Shown here: positions 45,923-52,208 of the stretch, piece after piece | How the letters are laid out: the number at the start of each line of letters is the position of its first letter | How positions within the stretch are numbered: the stretch's first letter is position 1 | Source of the DNA: Pirellulales bacterium | Lineage (GTDB): Bacteria > Planctomycetota > Planctomycetia > Pirellulales > UBA1268 | Reading direction: 5' to 3' | Assembly (NCBI GenBank): GCA_032117045.1 | Contig: JAUMAF010000120.1 | Span: 1 to 52,208 of the forward strand | DNA length: 52,208 nt | The notes under the pieces: generated by a model | What the model was told of the DNA's origin: nothing | Seen by the model: only the letters and a program-made list of their open reading frames with translations | Databases searched by the model: none | Program-made: the position numbers and the translations under genes

Positions 45923-46671
45923 GCGTGAAGCGTCCGTCGGAGAAACTCACGAATCCGTGAGTCGGTGGTCTGGTCAAGAAAAGCGGCGGTGGTGCCGTGG
46001 GCCGTGACGCGGCCGTCGGCGATGAAGGCGATTTCGTCGGCCACGCGGCGGGCGAAGCCCATCTCGTGCGTCACGAGCACGAACTGGGTGCCACCGAGCT
46101 TGAGTTCGGCGATCATCTCGAGCACCTCGGCGGTCATCTCGGGGTCGAGGGCCGAGGTGGGCTCGTCGAGAAACAACCGCCGGGGCCGCACGACAAGCGC
46201 CCTCAAGATCGCGATCCGCTGCTTCTGCCCACCGGAGAGCTCTGCGGGCCGCTTGTGGGCATGCGGTGTGAGGCCGAACCGTTCGAGCGGCTCGCGAACC
46301 CGCTCGCGGGCCTCGTGCTCCGTGAGGCCGTGGACGTGCACGAGCGGCAGCAGGAGGTTCTGCAGGCCGGTGAGGTGCGGAAACAGGTTGTAAGCCTGAA
46401 AGACTGTGCCGACGGTACGGCGATAGCCGCGGAGCGCGGCCTCGTCGCGGGGCAGCGGGGCGCCGTCGAAGGCAACGCTCCCGGACACCGGCACGTCGAG
46501 GCCGGCCAGGATTCGGAGGAGCGTCGACTTGCCGCCGCCGGAAGGGCCGATGAGCACGAGGGCCTGGATATCGCCGGTGACGAGGTCCAGCCCGTCGAGC
46601 ACGGTGGCTGCCTGTCGCGATCCGCGGGGGCCGTCGAACCGCTGCACGAGTCCATGGATTGAGAGCTTCAT
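45919..46671 (-). CDS. Polar amino-acid ABC transporter ATP-binding protein
   Basis: GPSGGGKSTLLR, LSGGQKQRIAILRAL, LFLDEPTSALD. The ATG at 46671 overlaps the permease stop. The 452-aa ORF extension is frame-shadow. Confidence 0.9.
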   Translation of the reverse strand: MKLSIHGLVQRFDGPRGSRQAATVLDGLDLVTGDIQALVLIGPSGGGKSTLLRILAGLDVPVSGSVAFDGAPLPRDEAALRGYRRTVGTVFQAYNLFPHLTGLQNLLLPLVHVHGLTEHEARERVREPLERFGLTPHAHKRPAELSGGQKQRIAILRALVVRPRRLFLDEPTSALDPEMTAEVLEMIAELKLGGTQFVLVTHEMGFARRVADEIAFIADGRVTAHGTTAAFLDQTTDSRIREFLRRTLHA

Positions 46672-47411
46672 GCGGCCTCGTAGCGGAACCGGCGCTCGAG
46701 CCAGCGGGAGAGCGCCGAGAGCGGCAGGGTCACGGCGAGGTAGCCGGCGGCCAGCGGGAGGTAGCTCTCGAGCGTGGAGTAGGTGGCGGAGTTGACGTTG
46801 CGGGCGTTGAAGGTGAACTCCGCGATCGAGATCACGGAGAGGAGTGACGAATCCTTGACGAGCGACACGAGCTGGCCGGCCACGGAGGGCAGCACGATCC
46901 GCACCGCCTGCGGCAGCACCACGAGCCGGAGCATCTGCCAGGGGGTGAGGCCGATGGCCCGGCCGCTGTCGAGCTGGGCCTTCGGGATCGCGTCGAGGCC
47001 GCCGCGAAAAATCTCGGCCATGTAGGCGCCGCTGAACAACGACAGCACGAGGACGCCGACCAGATAGCGGTGGTCCGTGCCGACCCGCAGAGCCGCGGCG
47101 ATCACGTACCAGCCGATGAGCAGCTGCACGAGCAACGGCGTGCCGCGAATGAGCTCCACGTAGACGCGGGCGGCGGCCTGCACGAGCACGATGGGCGAGC
47201 GGAGCATCAGGGCGGCCACGACACCGATCAGGCTGCTGGTGACGAGAGCCGCGATGCTCAGCGCCAGCGTCGTCCACCAGCCCTGCCAGAACGCCGCACG
47301 GTATTCCCAGACGATGCCCCAGTTCCAGTTCATGTCGAGGCTGGCGAAGGCCAGCGCACCGCCGCCAGCAAGCACAGCGAGCACGATCAGAGAGGCGAGC
47401 CAGCGGGGCAT
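46668..47411 (-). CDS. Polar amino-acid ABC transporter permease (HisM/GlnP type)
   Basis: ELIRGTPLLVQL..., EIFRGGLDAIPKAQLDSGRAIGLT (EAA loop). Confidence 0.9.
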   Translation of the reverse strand: MPRWLASLIVLAVLAGGGALAFASLDMNWNWGIVWEYRAAFWQGWWTTLALSIAALVTSSLIGVVAALMLRSPIVLVQAAARVYVELIRGTPLLVQLLIGWYVIAAALRVGTDHRYLVGVLVLSLFSGAYMAEIFRGGLDAIPKAQLDSGRAIGLTPWQMLRLVVLPQAVRIVLPSVAGQLVSLVKDSSLLSVISIAEFTFNARNVNSATYSTLESYLPLAAGYLAVTLPLSALSRWLERRFRYEAA

Positions 47412-47427
47412 GGGTGCGGCTTCCGCG

Positions 47428-48231
47428 CTAGAAATAAAAGGGGATGGCATGCGCTTTGAAATACGCCTTCTGCTCGGCGAGGAACTCGTCGCCGAGCCGC
47501 TCGAAGCCCCCCTCCGCCCGAAACGTCTCCAGAAACGCATTGACCTGGCGGCGGAGTTCATCGTTGCCCTGCCGCAGACCCACCGCCCACGACTCCGCAC
47601 GAAAGGGCTGCAACGCGGCCCGCGTCTTCTGCGGATGCCGCCGGTGGTTCGTGTAGACCGACATCGAGTCGTAAATGAAGGCGTCGGCGCGGCCTTGCAG
47701 CACCTCCAGCACGGCCGAGGCCTCGGTGTCGAGCACGAGCACCTTTGCCTTCGTCAGCGATGAGGCCGCCCACTGCTGGCCGGTGGTTCCCTGCTTGACT
47801 GCCACGACGCGGCCTGCGACGTCGAGATCGGCGGCCGTCTGCACGGGCGACGCTGTCGCGATCAGGAGGGCCAGGCCCGTCTTCAGGTAGGGCTCGGAGA
47901 AGGCGATCGACTTTGCCCGCTCAGGCGTCGCGGTCATCGACGAGATTACGCAGTCGACGCCCCGCGATTTGAGCGCGGGAATGAGCCCGTCGAAGGCGAT
48001 GTTTTCGATCACGACGGGGCGGCCGAGGTGCCTGCCCAGGGCCTCGGCGAGCCGCACGCTCACGCCCGCCGGTCGGCCTTGCGGGTCGGTCATCTCGAAG
48101 GGCGGATAGGAGAGCTCCATGCCCACCCGCAGGGGTTCGGTGGCCCATGCCATCCCGGCCAGCGCCGTCCACAGGGCCATTCCACCCACGAGTCCTGCGA
48201 GCCATCGACACGGTTGTTGAATCGCCGACAT
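47428..48231 (-). CDS. Polar amino-acid ABC transporter substrate-binding protein (family 3)
   Basis: Signal peptide, then LRVGMELSYPPFEMTD..., DGLIPALKSRGVDCVISSMTATPERAK. Confidence 0.9.
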   Translation of the reverse strand: MSAIQQPCRWLAGLVGGMALWTALAGMAWATEPLRVGMELSYPPFEMTDPQGRPAGVSVRLAEALGRHLGRPVVIENIAFDGLIPALKSRGVDCVISSMTATPERAKSIAFSEPYLKTGLALLIATASPVQTAADLDVAGRVVAVKQGTTGQQWAASSLTKAKVLVLDTEASAVLEVLQGRADAFIYDSMSVYTNHRRHPQKTRAALQPFRAESWAVGLRQGNDELRRQVNAFLETFRAEGGFERLGDEFLAEQKAYFKAHAIPFYF

Positions 48232-48384
48232 GGGGTCTGCTCCTGACTCAGAACGTAGCCTGCCCGCTGTCGGCCGTCCACGGCTGAAGGGCGAGCCGCA
48301 CCACCGCCGGGCTGGACCTCATGCGTAGAGTTCCGCGGCGCGTGGTCCGGTCGGCGATCGGTGGCAGAGGCGAGGTGGTGAGGT

Positions 48385-49830
48385 ATGGGCATCACAGGTC
48401 GACTGATGTCGGCGGCCGTGGTGGCCGTCGCCTTGGCTCCGGCGGCGTTGCCGGCCGACCGCGAGGCCCGTTGCGTGGTCGTCGACGTCTTCGTGCGAAG
48501 CGCTGACGAAACCACCACCGACGTACTCGCCTGCGTCGAGCGTTTTGCGGCGAGACGCCCGGGCGTGAGCGTCGTTGCCCGATTCGTCGATACGGTGCCC
48601 GAAGACCAGGTGGCCGTCGTGGCGCTGGCGTCGAAGCACGGCTTCGACGCCAATGAACTGCCGGTGGTGCAGGCGTGCGACTCGGTTATTCATGGCGTCC
48701 GGGATCCGGCGGCGGTGGTGGCCCGCGTCATGGTGGCGCTGCAGGTGGAGGTCTTCGTGCGGCAGGGATGCAGACGCTGCGCCGCGGCGAAGGCCTGGCT
48801 TCCGACGCTTCAGGCCAGGTACCCCGGCTTCGACATCGTCATGTGTGACATCGCCGCCGACAGCGGTGGCCGCCAGGCTCTGGCGGAACTCGTGCGGCGG
48901 CATCGTACCGCCGCCGCCAGCGTGCCGGTCTTTTATGCATGCAACCGGCTCGTGGTCGGATTTGACGATCCTGCGACATCAGGTCCGAGGGTCGAGCAGG
49001 TGTTGCGTGCGTGGACGAGGGACTGCCGGGTGCCGGTGGGCCTCGAGACCGAAGGCGTGGGCGATGCCTCCGAGCACCTTCCCGACGAGACGATCGACGT
49101 GCCGTGGCTTGGGAGGCTCGACCCTGGCCGTTTGGGCATGCCGCTGTTCACACTCGCCATCGGTCTCGTCGATGGCTTCAATCCGTGTGCGATGTGGGTG
49201 CTGCTGCTGCTCCTTTCGATCCTCGTCAATCTCCGGAGCCGCTGGCGCATCCTGGCCGTGGCGGGAACATTCGTGCTCGTGAGCGGCGCAGCCTACTTCG
49301 CCTTCATGGCCGCCTGGCTCAACGTGTTCGAGTGGGTCGGGATGCTGCGTCCGGTTCAGGTCGTGCTCGGCTTCTCTGCAGTGGCCATCGGCATGGTGCA
49401 CGTCAAGGACTGGTTCGTTCCCGACCGCGGCCCCTCGCTCTCGATTCCGCAGGCCGCAAAGCCGGGCATTTATGCCCGCATCCGCACGATCGTGAACGCT
49501 GAGAATCTGCCGGCGGCCGTGGGCGGGGCGTTGGTGCTCGCGGTCCTCGTCAACGTCGTGGAGTTGCTCTGCACCGCAGGACTGCCGGCGCTCTACACGG
49601 GCATCCTGACCCAGCGGGGCTATTCCGCGGCTGTCCGCTATGGCTACCTTGGCCTCTACATCGCGGCCTACATGTTCGACGACGCCCTGATGGTCGCGGT
49701 GGTAACGGCCACCCTTGGTCGCTGCAAACTTCAGGAGTCGGGAGGCCGGTGGCTGAAGCTCACCAGTGGCCTGGTGATTCTGGCGCTCGGACTCACGATG
49801 CTGCTACGGCCGGAGTGGCTGGAGGCGTGA
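48385..49830 (+). CDS. Periplasmic tandem glutaredoxin/thioredoxin-fold domains fused to a CcdA/DsbD-like multi-pass membrane domain
   Basis: Signal peptide. First fold lacks CxxC (VVVDVFVRSADE). Second has VEVFVRQGCRRCAAAKAWL. The membrane part has LVDGFNPCAMWVLLLLL and ELLCTAGLPALY. Confidence 0.7.
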   Translation: MGITGRLMSAAVVAVALAPAALPADREARCVVVDVFVRSADETTTDVLACVERFAARRPGVSVVARFVDTVPEDQVAVVALASKHGFDANELPVVQACDSVIHGVRDPAAVVARVMVALQVEVFVRQGCRRCAAAKAWLPTLQARYPGFDIVMCDIAADSGGRQALAELVRRHRTAAASVPVFYACNRLVVGFDDPATSGPRVEQVLRAWTRDCRVPVGLETEGVGDASEHLPDETIDVPWLGRLDPGRLGMPLFTLAIGLVDGFNPCAMWVLLLLLSILVNLRSRWRILAVAGTFVLVSGAAYFAFMAAWLNVFEWVGMLRPVQVVLGFSAVAIGMVHVKDWFVPDRGPSLSIPQAAKPGIYARIRTIVNAENLPAAVGGALVLAVLVNVVELLCTAGLPALYTGILTQRGYSAAVRYGYLGLYIAAYMFDDALMVAVVTATLGRCKLQESGGRWLKLTSGLVILALGLTMLLRPEWLEA

Positions 49831-49836
49831 GGTCGC

Positions 49837-50589
49837 TCAGCCGCGCCGGCCGGGACTCAAGCCCAGCTGTTTTCGCCGCTCCTCGACCGCGCGGCGGTAT
49901 TCCGACTGCCGGGCCCGTTGCTCGGGGGTGGAGTGGTCAAGCCGCTGCTTGCTGCGTTCGTTGCGGCTCTCCTCCGTGCTGTTCCGTCGACCACCACCGC
50001 CACCCGGCGGGCCACCGCCACCGGGCCTTCCACCAGCCCCACCCGGACCGCCCTGGCCTCCTGGCGGTCCGCCGCGGTTGCCCTCGTTCGAGGCCTGTCG
50101 CGCTTGATCCCGGCGAGCTCGTTCGGCCTCCCATGCCTTGCGTCGATCCTCATCGGCCTTGATGCGTCGATCGAGTTCGACCTGCCGCTGCGCTGGCGGA
50201 AGAGCGAAGTAGGAACCCATTTCGGCCCGCTCGCGAGCCTCGAAGAGCCGCCCCATCTGCTGCCCCGCCTGCTCGCGGTACTCCTGCGGAACATCCCGCA
50301 TCTTCTCCATCACGGCTCCAAATCCCGGACCAGACTCAAACGGCACCTCGCCCCGCGCGACGCGATCGAGTTCGGCGACCTGCTGATCGACCAACTGACG
50401 CACCTCAGCGACTGGCCTGGGCGTGGAAAAAAAGCCGAGGAACCAGAGAACGAGCAGCGTGATCAAGGCGAGCGCGACGATCACTGCCGCGGCACGCATC
50501 CAGAAGCGGCCGCTCGCCCCCTCGCTGCTGCGTTGGGCCGCCAGGGCCGCCACCGTCCGCCGCCTGTCAGACATTGGTGCCGTCGCCAT
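49837..50589 (-). CDS. Membrane-anchored hypothetical protein with a charged coiled region and a Gly/Pro-rich tract
   Basis: The ATG at 50589 has GGGAGGA 5 nt upstream. One TM helix (AAAVIVALALITLLVLWFLGFF) and a GGPPGGQGGPGGAGGRPGGGGPPGGGGG tract. Confidence 0.5.
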   Translation of the reverse strand: MATAPMSDRRRTVAALAAQRSSEGASGRFWMRAAAVIVALALITLLVLWFLGFFSTPRPVAEVRQLVDQQVAELDRVARGEVPFESGPGFGAVMEKMRDVPQEYREQAGQQMGRLFEARERAEMGSYFALPPAQRQVELDRRIKADEDRRKAWEAERARRDQARQASNEGNRGGPPGGQGGPGGAGGRPGGGGPPGGGGGRRNSTEESRNERSKQRLDHSTPEQRARQSEYRRAVEERRKQLGLSPGRRG

Positions 50590-50703
50590 GATTTCCTCCC
50601 GGGAACGGATCCCAAGATACCTCCTCGAGATCGACCGCGCAGACCATCTCCGTGGGTCCTTCAACGGCCGGCAGGCTGGAAGGTTGCGGGGACTGGCGCC
50701 CCG

Positions 50704-52059
50704 TCAAAGCCCGCAAAAACACGCGTCGAGCACATCCAGCAGGAACTCGGCGTCGGCCTCCGTGAGGCACATCGGGGGCTTGATCCGCAGGACATTCCCG
50801 TGGAGCCCCCCCTTGCCGATCAGGAGCCCGAGATCACGGCTGGCCTCGAAGACCCGCATGCAGGCCTCCTTGGCCGGTTCCTTGGTGCCGCGGTCCTTCA
50901 CCAGTTCGATGCCGAGCATCAGGCCTAGGCCCCGGACGTCGCCGATCACGTCGTGCTTCCGCGCCAGGGCCTCGAATCCCGCCTTGAGTTTGCCGCCGAC
51001 ACGGTCCGCGTTGGCCTGGATGCCGTCCTCGTCGATCACCTGAAGCACCGCCCGGCCCTGTGTGCAGGTGACGGGATTGCCGCCGAACGTGTTGAAGTGG
51101 ATGCGCGACGTGAGGGCCTGCGCGATCTCGGGGGTGGTCACGACGGCGGCGAGCGCCGCCCCGTTGCCGATGCCCTTGGCCATCGTGACGATGTCCGGGA
51201 TCACGCCCTGCGTCTCGAAGCCCCAGAAGTGGGAGCCCGTTCGCCCGAAGCCCGACTGCACCTCGTCGGCGATGCACAGGCCGCCCGCGGCGCGGACATG
51301 CTCGTAGGCCGCCTTCAGATAGCCGTCGGGATAGACCACCGCGCCGCCGACCCCCTGGATCGATTCGGCGATGAAGGCCGCCACCTTGCCCGGCGTGCCG
51401 AACTCGATCAGGTTTTTCAGGTCGGCGGCATACTTCACGCCGGCCCCTGGATCGTCGTAGCCATAGGGTCCGCGAAGCCGGTCGGGAAAGAGCGCGTGGT
51501 GCACGCCGAAGCTGTGCGGCACGTTGAACTTCCAGGTGTGGTGGCTCGTGAGCCCCATCGTCTGCATGCTGCCGCCGTGGTAGCCGTTGCGGAGCGCGAG
51601 CACGTCGAAGGAGCCGGTGAAAGCCCGGGCCATCAGGATCGCGAGGTCGTTCGCCTCCGAGCCCGAATTGACGAAGTAGCAGACCTTGAGGTTGCCGGGC
51701 ATCCGGGCGGCGAGGTCCCGGGCGTATTCGGCGATGCACGGGTTGAGGTAGATCGTGGTCGTGTGCTGCAGGATCTCGTTCTGCCGGTTGACGGCGGCCA
51801 CGATCTTCGGATGGCAATGCCCCACGCTCACCGTCACGATCCCGCCAAAGCCGTCGAGATAACGGCGGCCCGTCTCGTCGTAGAGATACTGCATGTGCCC
51901 CTCGACGATCATCAGGGGCTTCGCGTAGTAGGTGAAGATCGTCGGGTTGACGAACTGCTTGCGGAGCGCGATCACCTCGTCCTTCGACGGGCCCGCATAC
52001 GGCCGGGGCCGATGGCCGCAGGGCGGAAGCGTGGGAACGGCAGGGGCAGCGGTGGCCAT
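50704..52059 (-). CDS. Class III (omega) aminotransferase, AGXT2-like
   Basis: [35 protein letters not shown] (PLP-Lys). Start at MATAAP (52059). Confidence 0.9.
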   Translation of the reverse strand: MATAAPAVPTLPPCGHRPRPYAGPSKDEVIALRKQFVNPTIFTYYAKPLMIVEGHMQYLYDETGRRYLDGFGGIVTVSVGHCHPKIVAAVNRQNEILQHTTTIYLNPCIAEYARDLAARMPGNLKVCYFVNSGSEANDLAILMARAFTGSFDVLALRNGYHGGSMQTMGLTSHHTWKFNVPHSFGVHHALFPDRLRGPYGYDDPGAGVKYAADLKNLIEFGTPGKVAAFIAESIQGVGGAVVYPDGYLKAAYEHVRAAGGLCIADEVQSGFGRTGSHFWGFETQGVIPDIVTMAKGIGNGAALAAVVTTPEIAQALTSRIHFNTFGGNPVTCTQGRAVLQVIDEDGIQANADRVGGKLKAGFEALARKHDVIGDVRGLGLMLGIELVKDRGTKEPAKEACMRVFEASRDLGLLIGKGGLHGNVLRIKPPMCLTEADAEFLLDVLDACFCGL

Positions 52060-52073
52060 GGCGAAAGCCCTCT

Positions 52074-52208
52074 CTAGCGATGGGGAAAAAGCGGCCGCAG
52101 CAGACAATAGAGCACGAAGCCCAACGCGAAGCCGGTAAACCAGGCGTAGTGGTAACTCGCCACCAGCCATCCGGGAAATGCCGATTCGGCGGCCGCCCCG
52201 ATGCGGAC
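52074..52208 (-). CDS. 3' end of a membrane transporter-like gene. The 5' end lies outside the window.
   Basis: The minus-strand frame is open from the window edge: [44 protein letters not shown]-stop, with TAG at 52074..52076. The hydrophobic C-terminal helix is reminiscent of NCS1-type permeases. Not in the ORF track (short and partial). Confidence 0.35.
   Translation of the reverse strand, partial: VRIGAAAESAFPGWLVASYHYAWFTGFALGFVLYCLLRPLFPHR

Noticed and set aside
45919-47277. 452-aa ORF extending the ABC ATPase
   Set aside because: The N-terminal 200 aa is an alternate frame of the permease gene. The ATPase begins at MKLSIHG (46671), overlapping the permease stop.
49990-50090. Gly/Pro-rich GGN/CCN-rich DNA tract as a possible repeat array
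   Set aside because: It is imperfect and in frame within the 49837..50589 minus-strand CDS as a GGPPGG-type low-complexity segment. It is not a discrete DNA repeat element.

Overview
GC-rich bacterial chromosome segment. The gene content and motifs look Planctomycetota-like: PEP-CTERM and dockerin proteins, futalosine-pathway genes, WLGIP-type N-termini. Coding density is high and most genes are housekeeping: aspS, dcd, nth, folE, moaDEA, pyrD, trpS, acpS, topA, glgB, miaA, hisEG, mqnA/mqnC-like, aroA, and one tRNA-Val. I see no CRISPR array, transposase, integrase, prophage or recognisable defence island. Because of the GC content, nearly every real gene carries long stop-free shadow ORFs on other frames, and these were rejected. 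The signals that ordinary annotation does not explain are: (1) a family of REP-like hairpin repeats at gene 3' ends, with two near-identical composite palindromic elements of about 250-285 bp filling the convergent gaps acpS/topA and Zn-ribbon gene/aroA; (2) a 15-bp tandem repeat that forms the C-terminal tail and stop codon of aroA; (3) an in-frame TAG splitting the amidohydrolase at the end of a translationally coupled mqnA / mqnC-like / deaminase operon; (4) a tightly coupled five-gene minus-strand operon joining a polar amino-acid ABC importer, an atypical ADP-ribosylglycohydrolase-family protein and the ovothiol synthase OvoA; (5) a secreted HExxH metalloprotease with dockerin repeats and a PEP-CTERM anchor; (6) operator-like palindromes upstream of a class-I glutamine amidotransferase gene. 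All functional calls come from motif recognition by eye in the supplied translations. No database search was run.
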